Below are positions 1-13,612 of a stretch of 58,410 nucleotides of DNA, in pieces. The notes under the pieces are model-generated. The model made no database searches and was not told the origin of the DNA. It was given only the letters and a program-made list of their open reading frames with translations. Origin of the DNA: Octopus bimaculoides. Taxonomy: Eukaryota. Each line of letters begins with the position of its first letter. Position 1 is the stretch's first letter. The translations under genes were made by a program, and so were the position numbers. The stretch spans positions 58,925,384 through 58,983,793 of the forward strand of contig NC_068992.1 of assembly GCF_001194135.2 (NCBI RefSeq). The letters run 5' to 3'.

Positions 1-69
<69 letters not shown>
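1..69. repeat. (CA)n microsatellite
   Basis: Directly visible. Confidence 0.98.
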
Positions 70-70
<1 letters not shown>

Positions 71-2036
71 TATTTCATTTCTCAGCAAGGCAAATGCTAA
101 GATATCTAATTAAACATTTTAGGAAGCGTGACATTTTTTAGTGATAGAAAAGAATTACAGTCTGGACAAAATTCATGATATGTGTGTTCTTCTCTACTTC
201 TTTTTTCTTCTTCTTCTTCTTAGAAAGTTGTTTAGGAATGGAAATGGAAAACACAGAAAGTTCTTAGTATCTCAAAATCTTAATGCTTTTAGAGACCCTC
301 TGTGAAATATTTTGCCAAAATACTATTTGTTACCTGCATACAAACGTGAAAAAATTGTGAAATAAACGAAATTATACATATATATATTATATTATATTAT
401 ATTATATTATATTATATTATATACATATGCATATATTTATGTATATATGGAATGTATATGTACGTGTATGTGTGTGTGTGCGTGTGTGTATTTGTGTGCA
501 TGTTTGTGTGTGTGTGTGTGTGTGAATATATCTGAAATTTTGTGAATTTCATGAATTAGATTAGTAACTCTCGCCGTCTTATATTCAACTGACTTTTTTT
601 TAAATATATTTCTTTTTGACTACATTACTTTCTTCTGTTATATTTCTCCTCGTTGCCTCTTTTTTCACTGCTATACTTTACAACAGGCCGTTACATTAAT
701 GAAACAAATCACTAGTAACACACCACTGAATTATTAATGGGGCTAGCTGCCAAGAATGCGTTGCGTACAAAAATTCGATTAACCCAATAAGAATGGGCTT
801 ATATACAGTATGTTCCTAGACAAACAAGGTACTCACTCACTAATGATATGACTAGAATTAATCCGGATGACTAGAATAAATCCAGATGTTTCCTTTCTTC
901 CGCACACGAACATTTTGTATATAAAATTGAGGTCTTTACATATCTTTACATTCAGTGTAGCTTTCTTTCCGTTAAGCAAAAGGCTGTTTTTGTGTTAGTA
1001 TACATCGTTTATTAGATGGACTATGATTATATAGCTGACATTTATTTAAATTATAGGTTATGAAGGAATGAAATATAAAGTATCTAACATGCCAAATAGA
1101 TTTGATCTGATGTTGAATATTGATAATGTATCCTATAATGCATCAGTCTCAGTGACCCATGGTTTTTGCTAACATACTGCACTCTGGGCGGAATAAATAC
1201 TCAATTGTAATGATAATTTGATGAAATTTGATAAAGAATTTAGAATGAACGTGTCTTAGTGGTAAGCGTTTTCGGCTCACGATCACAGTGTCGCCAGTTC
1301 AATACCTGAGCCGACCGTCGACTTGTGACTTTGAGCAAGGCACCTCATTTCATGTTGCCACAGTCTAATCAGCTAAATGAGTAGCACATAGGTGCTGGTG
1401 CAGATCTTTCTCCATCTAGTTGTCATATCCTGGGTGTACCACAGAGCCAAAGGGGAGGCGAGTCAAAATAATGTGTCTATGTCTGCTCGCGACTTTATTG
1501 ACATCTATAACAATTAGCAAAAGCATGGTATATGTAACCCAGCCATATTCGTTCGTGAGTGACGGCTGGCTCTTAAGACATAGAATTCCATTCTAAAGAA
1601 TTTAACCCAGTCATAACTATTGAACGAATCACAAATCTGACTTATTTCTATATCATTTTGTAGACCCTACTGACAATGTCAAGCAGTCTCTAAGTATTTA
1701 TTCAATCTGCCGGGGGAATTTGGGGTAGCAACCAAATTTCTTTCACACCTAACTTTGTAAATATGTTAAATTAGTAAAATACACACTGGATGCTTTAGTC
1801 TTGCATACCTGTAGGAGTGGATCGTCTCCGAGTTGGGGCATTTTTAATTATAGATCTGATGATTAAGGGCTGACTCTTTTGCACATTTCTACAATGTGGG
1901 TGACCCGGCTTGCTTAATCTATCCACATGAATTTATTTTATTCCTTACATCTACGACATTGTGGGTCTTTGTTCTGTAACAAATGTTGTTACAGTATGAG
2001 CTGTGATTCGTTTGAAGCAGGTTTCAGTATAAGACT

Positions 2037-2260
2037 GCTGGAGGCGGCGAGCTGGTAGAATCGTTGCAAGCCAGACAAAATTTTTAGCGGCATTTCGTCC
2101 GTCTATATGCATTGAGTTCAAATCCCGCTGAGGTCGACTTTGCTTTTAATCATTTCCGGATCGATAAAGTACCAGTTGATCAGTGGAGTCAATGTAATCC
2201 ACTCACAACCGCCCCAGAAATTGCTGGACTTGTGCTAAAATATGAAACCAATATAAGACT
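2037..2260 (+). mobile_element. tRNA-derived SINE family A, near full length
   Basis: A-box-like ggcgagctggtagaatcg, B-box-like gagttcaaatccc, body gtcgactttgc, tail cttgtgctaaaatatgaaacc. Confidence 0.85.
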
Positions 2261-3033
2261 ATTGCATAACTACTTTATGGTGTAGTACTTCTTCAGATAT
2301 TGAATGAAAATCCAGGAGTAACAAGAAGAGAAGGAAGAGAAGAAAGAAGACAAAAAGAAGATGAAAGAAGAGAGCTTGGAAATAACGCATGTGTGATAGG
2401 TTCACATGTTCGACATATTTTGTACGTACGTATAACAATATTGTAATATGGTTGCCATGTCTGTACGAAACAGTATATGTTCTTAGCTGAACTGAAAAGC
2501 CACATCGGCGCTGTTCATGTTTAAAAGAACAACCAAGTGATGTTATTACTTGAAATCGAGTTGCAGCCGTCTTGTAAAATATATAAACACATTCAATTTT
2601 TAAAAGCCTTAAATTTAAATCTTTAAAGTAAATTTTTATTTGCAGCATTAACAGAACACCAATTAGGTGACAGACGTTCTGCTTTTTTTTTTCTTTCTTT
2701 CAAAGTAAACACGTCAGTTTGTTTTGTTAGCGTTATAGGTTAACTAAATGGTTCTTTTAACTTCCCGTATTGTAAAAGACTATAACCAACAATCATATTT
2801 GCAAATATATAAAAAACTACACAAAATAAAATGCACAACTCTTATCGATATCGATTTCAATGATCAAAGTTTATAGGGAAATATGCCTCCTACAAATGCA
2901 TCAGAATATTAATTTAAGAGCAAACATTATTTTTAAACACCACTTAGTGAAATATGATAATCAAATGAATGAACCAAAACAAAAGAATGAAGGAAGAAAG
3001 AAAGTAATTAAAAAAACTAATAATAATTAAGAC

Positions 3034-3218
3034 GCAGGTAAGGGAATGTTAAGAATTTTGTTTTCGGGTTCAATCCCACTGCGCGGCACTTTGAATAAGA
3101 GATATCTTCTACTAGAGCCCAGCTCGATCAATGTCTTTTGTGGGAATTTGGTCGAAGGAAACTGTACAGAACCTCATTGTATGTGTGTGTACATACACAC
3201 ATACATACACACACATAA

Positions 3219-3254
<36 letters not shown>

Positions 3255-3470
3255 GGGCGCACGTGTGTCTGTGATTTCCCATCCCAGCATCGCTTGACAA
3301 ACGCTGTTGGTTTGTTTACATCACATATGACTATAACTATAACAATAAGCGGTTCACCAAAAGAGACGAAATAGAATAAATACCAAACTTTAAAAAATAA
3401 GTATTGGGGGAAATTTTTTCGATGTGTGGCTGAGTATTCCTAAGACGCATAAACTCAATAAGTAATCCTT
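3034..3470 (+). mobile_element. SINE family B with internal CA/TA microsatellite
   Basis: gggttcaatcccactgcgcggcac head; internal microsatellite; catcgcttgacaa...gcggttc...aaagagac 3' module. Confidence 0.8.
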
Positions 3471-3519
3471 TAGTTAAGTATTGAAATGCTATTTTTACCA
3501 ATATTAATGGAGTAAAATG

Positions 3520-3780
3520 TGGAGGCACGTGGCTCAGTGATTAGGGTGTTGGACTCGTGATCCTGAGATTGTTCTTTCGATTCTTCGGCCGGGTGATGCA
3601 TTGTGTAATTGAACAAAGCACTTCATTTTTCTCGTTGCATGCCGCTGTAGTCCACCCAGATGGCAAAAATGAGTAATCCCGCGACAGACCGGCGTCTGCC
3701 CGGTGGTAGGCGGCGGGAATTTATACGCTACAGAATCCAGAAGACTGGCCTTATGAGCCTATGGCTCGGGACAGACGTTT
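3520..3780 (+). mobile_element. tRNA-derived SINE family C (CORE/Meta-like body)
   Basis: tggctcagtgattaggg A-box-like; ttgaacaaagcacttcattt; related copies about 1255-1420, 10920-11020, 15050-15190 (+) and 32090-32300 (-). Confidence 0.7.
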
Positions 3781-3976
3781 GATTCTCTTTGAAGAGAGTA
3801 AAATATTTCTGCTGTTGGTACAAACACAGGGAAAGGGAGAGACAGAAGAGAAAAGGGAGGAAAGAGAAAGCGAAAGTACTAGGTAGAGAAGTGGAGGACG
3901 GGTTAGGAAAATGGATGGGAAATAGGACGAAGGGACAGAATTAAAATGAAAATATAAAAAGAGTAAGAGGATAGAT

Positions 3977-4022
<46 letters not shown>

Positions 4023-4059
4023 AAGAGAAATAAAAAGGGGGATAAATAAGTTTTAATCT

Positions 4060-4260
4060 TTCTATTAAAGGCACAAGGCCTGAAATTTTGTAGGAGGGGT
4101 AGGGGGCTAGTCGAATACATCGAACCCCAGCGATCGACAATGAGAAGATGAAAGTCAAAGTCCACCTCGGAGGAATTTGAACTCAGAACGTAAAGCCGGA
4201 AGAAATCTTGCTTCGCATTTTGTCCGACGTCCTAACAATTCTGCTTGATCACAGCCTTTT
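4060..4260 (-). mobile_element. SINE family A
   Basis: ggcacaaggcc...gaaagtcaaagtccacctcggaggaatttgaactcagaac. Confidence 0.8.
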
Positions 4261-4398
4261 AGAGTAGACATTAATGATATTGTGTAGCAACTCGGTGAAG
4301 AAAAACTGATTAGATGGGTTAAAATAGATAGATAGATAGATAGAAAGATAGATAGATAGATAAATAGATAGATAGATAGATAGATGAGTAAACGCGTT

Positions 4399-4456
<58 letters not shown>

Positions 4457-4869
4457 AAATGTGTAAGAATGAGAGACGAGGAGCACGTATGTTTTAAAGA
4501 AAAATCTTATCTGAAAAGAAGAGACAAAACTAACCACTATAGCAACAACAACAAGAGATAAACGGACAAACAGGAGCCCAACAATATCGAATTATACTCC
4601 GATGGGAATCTATGATATATTAGAGTATTGACCATCTTCCCCATCTGCCGTTGACTCTAATAATAAATTGTTTTAAAATGTTTTATTGGTGCAACCCAAC
4701 CAATTATCTCAATCAGATTGTCGTAATTTCATTTTTTAAAATACATTACCATCACTAAACTACACTTAATCGAATAAAGGAAAAGTGATAGGACAGAGAT
4801 TGCAGATGTTTCTACCATCACCTGGCGCCGAACAGAAGAATTAATCATCTTGGAGAGATTATTATTAAT

Positions 4870-4945
4870 ATTATTATTATTATTATTATTGCTTTGCACG
4901 TATTTCGGAACTTTATCCCACGACACAGCATCTCCCGTGTGCATT
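4870..4945 (-). mobile_element. Possible R4-like 3' tail remnant ending in (AAT)n
   Basis: Minus strand ...gtgtcgtgggataaagttccgaaatacgtgcaaagc(AAT)n resembles a retroposon terminus. Confidence 0.3.
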
Positions 4946-5869
4946 TTTACTTAGCTTTGTGAAGGAAATTTAGAAGACAAAGCCAGTAACAACAATAGCA
5001 ACAACAACTATAATGATGGTTTCAAATTTTAGCACAAGGCCAGCAATTTCGGGGGAGGTTGTAAGTGACCCCATTAATCAACTGGTACATTTTTTACCAT
5101 AAGTTCTTCTGGTTTGGGATTATTTCGAGGCTAAAACCAAGATCAACTACGCAGCAATCTTGTGGAGTTCTTAAAGGCCACCTAGCGTCGGATTAAAGCA
5201 TGAGTAAACTCGGCAGTTGCCCACGGACCTCACTGGTCCAGTGGACCAAATCTGATCTCTAAATGTTGTGGACTGCTGTCAATAAGTAAATGCTGTAGGG
5301 TCCAGCGCATTGATTTTTCAGAGGTTTATAATGCTACTTAGATGGCCCTCAATTTTGAATATTCAATTGTTCGATCAACTGAACTACCTGCTCATTGCAT
5401 TAGCCTGTAAGTGACTGAGTAAACCACAAACACAGCTACCCTTGATATAATTCTCAGGCGGAGTCAGCGAGACAGATTGTGCTCAGGCGAGACCTTTGAA
5501 TTCCAAGCTCTTTATGCCTGGCGGACTTTCACACAGTTTTAGTCTACGTGATTTCACGCATTGGGCTTAAACCAAGTCGAAGCAATGGTAAAGGATACTT
5601 AGTCTAAGTGCTTAGCAATGGGAACGGAAATGATACCTTACAATCGTGAAGCAAATTTCATAACCATTGAGCCATAACGAACAAAAGAACTATACTACAT
5701 TGCACAACATATTGCTAAAACTGCTTCCTTTGCTTATTGTCGTTCATCGAATTCAGTAATCTTTAATCTTTAACTTGTCTCAGTGTTTTGAGTCCCAGTA
5801 CAATTTTCCAAACCTGATATATATTTTATTGGTCTCTAGCTTACGAAGAAGTGAACAAACCAGCACCGG

Positions 5870-5968
5870 TTGTCGATCTCGGCAGAATTTGAACTCAGAA
5901 CGTAAAGACAGACGAAATACCGCTAAGCATTTCGCCCGGCGTGCAGACGTTTCTGCCAGCTCGCCGCT
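5870..5968 (-). mobile_element. SINE family A head fragment
   Basis: ggcagaatttgaactcagaacgtaaagac...ctgccagctcgccgc. Confidence 0.8.
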
Positions 5969-6074
5969 TTTGTTGTGCGTAATATTGTTTCTGTTATTGC
6001 TGTTGTGATAACCATACGAGTGTCGCAATTAATATTAATTGCTGTTATGTTGTTGCGAACAAATAAAAAGATTG

Positions 6075-6131
6075 CAATAACAACAACTACTACAACTACA
6101 ACTACTACTACTGCCGCCGCTGCTACTGCTG

Positions 6132-6186
<55 letters not shown>

Positions 6187-6215
6187 AATTACTACTACTA
6201 CTACATCAAAACAAT
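6075..6215. repeat. (CTA)/(CAA)/(CTG) compound trinucleotide repeat
   Basis: Directly visible. Confidence 0.95.
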
Positions 6216-6440
6216 AACTACAAAAACAACGACGACAGCTGCACTAAAATATGCTTGAAATATAATTAGACACCGATTGGTTACTAAGCAACGCAACAAT
6301 TTCAAGCTGTTATTCATTAATTTATCTATTTATTGAAATTCCATTTGCCGACCACAGCTATTCTCCCCTGTTAAATTAGTTTATAATATGCTACAATGGT
6401 CAAGTGGTGCAGTTTATCATCTAATACGGCATTATATAGA

Positions 6441-6536
<96 letters not shown>

Positions 6537-6959
6537 TGTGTGTGTGTTTATATCTTATGTTCCTGCAGTCAAGTGTTACTATTTATCATGTAGTATAGCA
6601 TTATATATGTATATATTATTGTAATTATCCTTATAGAATGCTGTAATTGTGAAGTGCATCAGTTTATCAATTCCAAGAATACTAATTTCTTTGTTATTGA
6701 ATTTTTAACCGCGGGTGAACTTGGATCGAGAATAACTGTCATCAAAATCGTTGAATCTGTGTCTGTTCCATCAATATTTTTATTCTCTTAGACATATGGT
6801 ATCTACAACTACAACGACATTATCTAATGTATCCTTTTTTTTTTTGTAGTATAATATTTTTTATCTTTTGACTTCGACTTGATTCAATAATTGGAACCAT
6901 GCTGGTTCATCTCATTCAAGTGTTGGCTACTTTCATGGTCTGATACTTATTCTATCGAA

Positions 6960-7620
6960 TCTTTCGTCGAACCGCTACGTTATGAGGATGCAAACAAACT
7001 AGCAACTGTTGTCAACCGACTATAGAGGTAAAACACACACATACATACGAACGTCTTCCACGCAGTTTCCATCTACTAAATTCATTCACAAGGCATTGGT
7101 CTAATCGGGGCCATCGTAGACAGCATTTGCCAAAGATGCGCGCAGTGGGATGGAACCCGAAACCAAGTGACAGCAAAACAAGCTTCTTAACCACACGGCT
7201 ATGCCAGCACCTGGATACGATTTCAGACGAATCGACGCAAAAACTTGGACAATTATTTCTACTACAGACTCCCGCCGACCAAGGTCTTGTGAGTGGATGT
7301 GGTGGACGGAAAATGTGTGGAAGTCCGTCAGGCCACGTATGAGAATGTGTATGTGTGTACGTGTATGCATGTATGCATCCATGTGTGAATGTGTGTGTAT
7401 GCATGTGTATAATTGTGCTTGTCTCCGCACCATCTGAAACTCGGTACAACTTTTTTACGTCGCTGCATTCTAGCGGTTCGATAAAAAGAGACCGATAGAA
7501 TAAGTACCAGACTTCAAAAAAGGAATAAGTACTGAGGTCGATTCGTTTCACCAAATCCTTGCAGGTGGTGCTTCAGCATGGACGCATTCCAATGATTGGC
7601 GCAAATAAAGAATAACAAAA
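6960..7620. mobile_element. Back-to-back SINE family B copies (minus about 7010-7210, plus about 7270-7620)
   Basis: ggatggaacccgaaacc...gcttcttaaccacac on minus; plus copy ends ggtggtgcttcagcatgg. Confidence 0.7.
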
Positions 7621-7836
7621 TATGTCTGTTAGTTTTACATATGAATAAATTACGTCTCTAAATTATTTCACTTTTTCCTTCACAGTTTTATGTTCGGATT
7701 GCGGGGATATTCCATAGCATAAAATTACATTCAGAGATTTTTTTTAAAAATCATAAAATTGTTTCGTGACAAACTAATTTTGTGAAACAGCTGCTCTACG
7801 GTTTACGCTATTTCGGCTGAAAACCGAGACTTTAGC

Positions 7837-8002
7837 CAGGTATGGGCAATATATACAGAGAAGCGGGTCGTCATTCGCGGGGAAGCGCACAAAACGGTTC
7901 GTTATTAGGGGGCCGCACTACTAAAAGCTTTCAAGGTAATTTTTCGTTAGATATGTCTGTGGACCGCATGCGACCTGTAGGCAGCAATTTGCTTATATAA
8001 TT
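7837..8002. mobile_element. Degenerate hAT-derived MITE
   Basis: caggtatgggcaa terminus, ggaccgcatgcgacc subterminal motif, possible 8-bp TSD actttagc/tctttaga. Confidence 0.45.
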
Positions 8003-8049
8003 TCTTTAGACGTTCCGTCTTTCATATATTGTGCCCCTCTTTGAAAAGT

Positions 8050-8430
8050 TCTTCATGCTTGTAGCTGCATTGAAGAAAGATATATTTACGGTTATCGAAG
8101 CCTCGTATATTTAACACCACCAACCCGAACGTGAATAATTTTATCGAAATCCACTCTGTTGCAAACATTTAACCTAGATCTACGGCCTATGGATCATTTC
8201 CTCGATTCCTCCCACTACTTCAGAGTTCCTACAAAGGACCGTGGACCTTACCGTCCTCATTTGATTAATATAAATAATGAAGATGGATTGCTTTCTTGAG
8301 TTGTATACAATCTGCCTATTTACCTATTGATTTATGCATTTGGAGGAGATGGATATCACATGACTCATGGACTATGAAGAGAAGATATTGTGACCAGAGA
8401 CAACGTGATATACAGGAATAACTTCCGTGT
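8050..8430 (+). mobile_element. Penelope-like element fragment (RT remnant with upstream hammerhead-like motif)
   Basis: NINNEDGLL and YAFGGDGYHMTHGTM resemble PLE RT motifs (TNI...EG; YF.F.G..Y.Q.HGTAMG); ttgaagaa-agata..tatc-gaag upstream. Confidence 0.45.
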
Positions 8431-8529
8431 CCATCGACATAACATGTATAATTTATTATGTGTACAGATAATATGCTACATATTGGAGTAACATACTATA
8501 TGAATATATAAAGGGTTATATGTCAGAAT

Positions 8530-8713
8530 GAGTGTAGGCATGTCTGTGTGGCGTTGAAGTTTGCTTTGTAAGCAACGTTGTTTCAGGTTCAGTCCCACTG
8601 CGCGGCAGTTTGGGCAAGTGTCTTCTACTATATTCCTGAGACGACACATTCTTTTCTTTATGAGTGAATTTGATAGACAGAAACTGAGCGAAAGCCCGTC
8701 ATATGTGTGTGTT

Positions 8714-8756
<43 letters not shown>

Positions 8757-8865
8757 CTGATTGTGTTTGGTTTGTTTACCTTGCTGTAAATTAGAGGATC
8801 GGCACAAGAGGCCAATAAACTAAGTGCCAAATTAAATAATAATAATAATAACAATAATAATAATG

Positions 8866-8918
<53 letters not shown>

Positions 8919-9000
8919 TTCAGAGGTAGATTTATTCGACTAAACACTTCAAGGCGGTGCCCCAACATGGTCGCAATCCAATAACTGAAACACGAAAATG
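8530..9000 (+). mobile_element. SINE family B with (TG)n and (AAT)n expansions
   Basis: ggttcagtcccactgcgcggcagtttgggcaagtgtcttctac; tail ggcggtgccccaacatggtcgc. Confidence 0.8.
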
Positions 9001-9329
9001 ATAACCGATCTATTCAACATCAGAGCAACTTATTTATTTCATTGGTCATATTGGTGGTGGGTTTATCTACAGACATAATAGGAACGCCAGTGTTGTATTG
9101 TTACTATGAATTAGCATGATCAAAGCCGTCCCATCCATGATCATCCGAGCGTTCTGTCGGGGATTGCTTATCTGTGATTACGTGAGTCACTCTACCGAGC
9201 ATGTTAGTGTGTGTGCGCTTTTTGTTTTGTGATTTGACTGCTGCTTCTGGGACTTTGAACAGCCCAGCTGTAGCTTTCCTTCTCTGCTCCGCTGTGAATG
9301 TTGTAGATGTAGTTGGTATAGAGTTTGCG

Positions 9330-9975
9330 GTGGTGGAGATGGTGGTGGTGGTGGTGAGGTTATGGGTAATGTAGAAAAAAGTTGTAGTATTAACAGCTGT
9401 AGTGTTAATGATGGCAATGCTGGTAGTAGTGGTGGTAGTAGTGGTGGTAGTAGTGGTGGTAGTGGTGGTGGTGGTAGTGGTGGTAGTAGTGGTGGTGGTA
9501 GTGGTGGTAGTAGTGGTGGTAGTAGTGGTGGTAGTAGTGGTGGTAGTGGTGGTGGTNNNNNNNNNNNNNNNNNNNNNNCTGGTAGTAGTGGTGGTAGTAG
9601 TGGTGGTAGTAGTGGTGGTAGTGGTGGTGGTGGTAGTGGTTGTAGTAGTGGTGGTAGTGGTGGTGGTAGTAGTGGTGGTAGTAGTGGTGGTAGTGGTGGT
9701 GGTAGTAGTGGTGGTAGTAGTGGTGGTAGTAGTGGTGGTAGTGGTGGTAGTAGTGGTGGTAGTGGTGGTGGTGGTGGTGCCGGTGCTGGTACTGGTCGTG
9801 GTGAGCGTTATCGTCGTGATAATTATAGTGGTGGTCATGGTCATGATAGAGATGCTGGTCGTGATGATGGCCGTCGTGTTAGTTGTCGTGGTGTCATCGG
9901 TCTTGACGGCGACGACGGCATCATCATTCACGATGGTGGGGGCGATGATTTTCGTGTTGGTGGTGGTGGTGGTGG
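9330..9975. repeat. Compound (GGT)/(AGT) trinucleotide satellite
   Basis: ggtagtagtggt units with a short N gap. Confidence 0.95.
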
Positions 9976-10691
9976 CGTTGGTGTTAAAGGTCACTACAGA
10001 TATGTGTCGTTGTGTATAGAGGCTATCGTTAATGATACGTAAAGGCCAGAGTGTAGAAACGCTTCTTCTAATTAACATTTCTTTTAAAACATCAGGAAAA
10101 CACGCCTACTGGTAGCAGTGGCTCCACCTCTGTCATGTGACAAGGAACGGCCTTATACCAATACCAGTACCAATCGCGAAACACAGAATCGTATAACACT
10201 TCAGGCTGCAACTGGCCTGCATCCTTTTGGAGTGAATTGTTGATATCTCAATAAAAAATAAAATCAATATTCCAATGTGTTCAATAAAGACAAGAATTCA
10301 GTCGATTTCGATAAAAGGTTTACCAAATCAATCATTCACAGCAATCATTCTTAATAAGCCTCCGATACAGGTAGTAACTTCAGGTAATCCATTTAATTAG
10401 ATTCAATGTTACTAGTTAATAAAATCATATAATTTCATGCAGTTATTGAATTCAGAAGATTTGCAGTCTTTACTGAGCTCTGAAGATCTCATTAAAAGAA
10501 GCTCCAGGTGAACCCAGCACTTCAATTTCAAATGATGGTGTGAACGAGATTACTTCACCCTTGTGCTTTCGGTTACCTTTGAGAAAAATGCGGAGGTAAA
10601 TATAATATCATTGTACTCTCTTGTAACTGCTGCTTGTAACCATGCAGGACCCAAACATAATTACAATTATCCGATATTTATAGCCAGTTAT

Positions 10692-10905
10692 ATTCTTTTC
10701 TACTCTAGGTATAAGGCCGGAAACTTTTGGGGAAGGGGGCCAGTCGATTAGATCGACCCAAATACGCAACTGGTGCTTAATTTATTGACCCGAAAGGATT
10801 AAAGGCAAAGTCGACCTCGGCGGAATTTGAACTCAGAACATAGGGATGGGCGAAATACCGCTAAGGCCGGCGTGCTAACGATTCTGCCAGCTGGCCGCCT
10901 TAGTC
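10692..10905 (-). mobile_element. SINE family A, full length
   Basis: Close match to copies at 30672 and 50104. Confidence 0.88.
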
Positions 10906-11289
10906 AATTATATTATTAATGTGAGGACTCATGGTCTAGTGGTTAGGATTTTACTCTCACGATCGCAAGATCGTAGTTTCGCTTCTTGAACCGGGCAGTG
11001 CGTTGTGTTCTTGCGTTCTCCAAGAAAGAAAACAAGACACAATGCGAAAATTTTAATATAAATCGTCGTGTAAAGTCTCGATTAGAGTTGATAAAGGGCA
11101 AAACAACTACATTTTAATTTCCGTTGCTTGGATCTTCGAAAAAACCATGAACAACACAACACAACATTTCGAAATATGAAGCAAATATGTCTAAGAAATC
11201 AATAATTGCAGAACAAGGCAGGGAAGACCACCGATAAGAATCGATCGCGTGTCGCAGTTTTGGTTTCCTGGATGCTTAGGTCTTCTTTA

Positions 11290-11760
11290 GGAATGGTTGT
11301 GTGCTTCAGAGCTTGATTTGCAACCGTTTAGTTCTGGGTTCAATCACACACCCTGGCACCTTAAGCAAGTATATTTTAGTATAGACCCGGACGGGTCAAT
11401 GCCTTATGAGTAAACTGGTTGATGGATATATTATGGCAGCCTGTTGTATATCAAAAAGATGTGTTAAAATACTATTCCACATATATAAAAACAGCCATAC
11501 CAACAATCCAGCATACCTCCATCATCTGCTGCTCCATGCGTATCATTATGGTTTCGAAACCTGGGTAGTACCATATATGCCACATATATGTGTTTGTGCA
11601 TACGCGCGTGCTTGTGTGTATGTGTGTCTGTGTTTGTCTCCCATCATTGCTTGATAATTGGAATTGGTTTGTTTACGTCTCCCTATCTTATCATTCGGTA
11701 AAGGAAACCGGCAGAACAACTGAAGGTCTTTAAAAAGAAGTACTGGTTTAGTCAATTTAT
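11290..11760 (+). mobile_element. SINE family B, diverged
   Basis: gggttcaatcacac...tttgtctcccatcattgcttgataa. Confidence 0.65.
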
Positions 11761-12109
11761 CGTAAAGACAGACGAAATGCCGCCATGCATTCTATTCGGC
11801 CTGCTAATGGTTCTTTCAGCTCACCGCCTTTAATACAAGAAGTAATATTGCGATTGCGAAGAACGAATCATTGGATTCTATATTTTTCTTTTTGTCCCAT
11901 ATTTATTGCGCTAGCGATGTTTAAATCTCTTCTAGGCCTTCCTTGCCCTTCCCAGTCATTGAGCTGAGGTCATACTGGAGCACCGCCTTGAAAGTTTTAG
12001 TCAAACAAATCCAAGAACTGAGAACGCAAAGCAAAGTAAGGCAATCAGAATTATTGTCTGGATCGAAGACGATCCATTTCTGGACGACTGATGACGCTGG
12101 TTTAATAAG

Positions 12110-12800
12110 AGGTTTATTATACTGTTAAATGCTTCAGCAAATTTGTAAACAAGCATGTCTCCAACAGGATGGAGGAGCAAGTGACTGATGGCTATAAGGA
12201 ACAGAAATCGGATCGAAGAATCAGTTGACTGTGCATTTATCTCGTTATCTACTGTGTTTATTTCATAATTATTCTGTTGGCATTCACATGCCATTATATT
12301 AACTATTGCAGAGTGACGAAATTTCATATTGTATTCTCATTTTCCCTTTCATAATTCTAATCCGAATCCATCATCGGTAGAGAAACTAAGCACTGTACAT
12401 GTATAAAGACATGCAGCTTATTAAGGCTCTAAGCTGTCGCTCAACATGCTGGAGATAGCAGCCAAATCTCCCTCAAATCTGACTCTAGAATTAAAAAAAA
12501 AATGAAGGTGAAAACGGACAATGCAGTCCGGAATATGCAATTTGACGTGATAATAATGGGTGGAATATATTGTTTTTGAAGCAGTTGACAAGGTACAAAA
12601 TAACAACAAAAACATCGACATATTCTTAGTTCAAATGCAGCTGTGGTCAACTAAATAAATACTTGGCATATAACTACCCATCCCATGATCTAACTAAAAT
12701 CTTGCTGCCATGAAGCAATGTGAAGCGTCAGTATACTACCCTATAAGGTTACGGTCACACAGGACGCTACCCTGATGAAATCTCTTTAATATCTTATTAG
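12110..12800 (-). mobile_element. Decayed RTE-clade LINE reverse transcriptase fragment
   Basis: Motif remnants FCTLSTASKTI (F.DL.KAFDTV), NSRVRFEGDL and IRFLFLIAISHLLLHPVGDMLVYKFAEAF (IR.LLFADD...LVN.FAEA); frameshifted. Confidence 0.65.
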
Positions 12801-13049
12801 ACCGAAAGCTGCAAACGGTTAAGTCACTGGCACTGTAACCTGACATAGACGACAGTAGAGCAACAGTCTAACTCTCTCTTTCCTTCTTTTCTCTCTCTCT
12901 CCCCCTCTCTTTCTCTATATTTCTCTCTCTGTCTCTCCTACGGTCCACTTTCTATGTCTCTCTCCAAGATATCGCAATCCACAGCGAGATGTATCCCTCT
13001 ACTAGCCTTTTCCTTTGTCTTTTTGTTTGGTACCATTCTAATTCAAACC

Positions 13050-13290
13050 AGTTTTCTACCTCCCTTCATCGCCTTCATGGCTCCCGCGATGTCACCCTCC
13101 AGCTCCTTCTCTACCTACCTCACCCTCACAACCCTTGTCATAGAATCCATTCCATGGTTCTTTTCGTCTATCCATTATCTTTTGTTGTGGTTAAATGATC
13201 AAGCTATACAACTCCTTCCACCACAAGATCCAGTCCTCATTGTGGTGCGAAGCCTTGTGTGCCCCAATGATGCTGAGATCTATGCCAGCA
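13050..13290 (-). mobile_element. RTE-clade LINE C-terminal fragment
   Basis: DHLTTTKDNG*TKRTMEWIL*QGL*G*GR*RRSWR resembles GH..R..DNRWTKR..EW.P..GKR.RGR.R.RW. Confidence 0.55.
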
Positions 13291-13474
13291 AAGTGTAAGT
13301 TCCTGCTAGAATCTTTTATGATGTGATGGACAGTTCAAAGGACAGAGATAAGACTAATAAGGACCATCTCCTCCTAGAAGTGAAAAATGGTTGGCATATT
13401 GGTTGAAGCGATTTTTAAAAATACACGGAGCTTCATTCATTCAAGTCAAATATTGATGCATACAGTCTAATATG

Positions 13475-13612
13475 CATTAGCAGAGCTAGGATGGGGCTGT
13501 TGGGGCAGTCCACTCCGGGCGGCATTTTTGGATCTGCTGTAGGTAATGTGATCTTCGGAGGTGGCAAACGGAAGGGCCGCCCTGGGCGGGACACATTCCA
13601 GCTACGCTAGTG
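13475..13612. mobile_element. hAT-type MITE with 8-bp TSD
   Basis: Imperfect TIRs cattagcagagctagg / cactagcgtagctgga (reverse complement); flanks CTAATATG (13467-13474) and CTAGTATG (13613-13620), 7/8 identical. Confidence 0.7.

Noticed and set aside
2040-2130. tRNA-like A/B boxes here and in other SINE heads
   Set aside because: No cloverleaf; they continue into SINE bodies, so not tRNA genes.
2259-2648. 129-aa minus-strand ORF
   Set aside because: Hydrophobic stretch derives from a GAA-rich tract; no recognisable domain or good splice sites.
9104-10078. 324-aa Thr-rich, 226-aa Gly/Ser-rich and 205-aa Val-rich ORFs (mucin- or glycine-rich-like)
   Set aside because: Three frames of one GGT/AGT satellite stay open at once; no splice or start context.
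12954-13298. 114-aa hydrophobic plus-strand ORF
   Set aside because: Antisense of an RTE C-terminal fragment plus CT-rich repeat.
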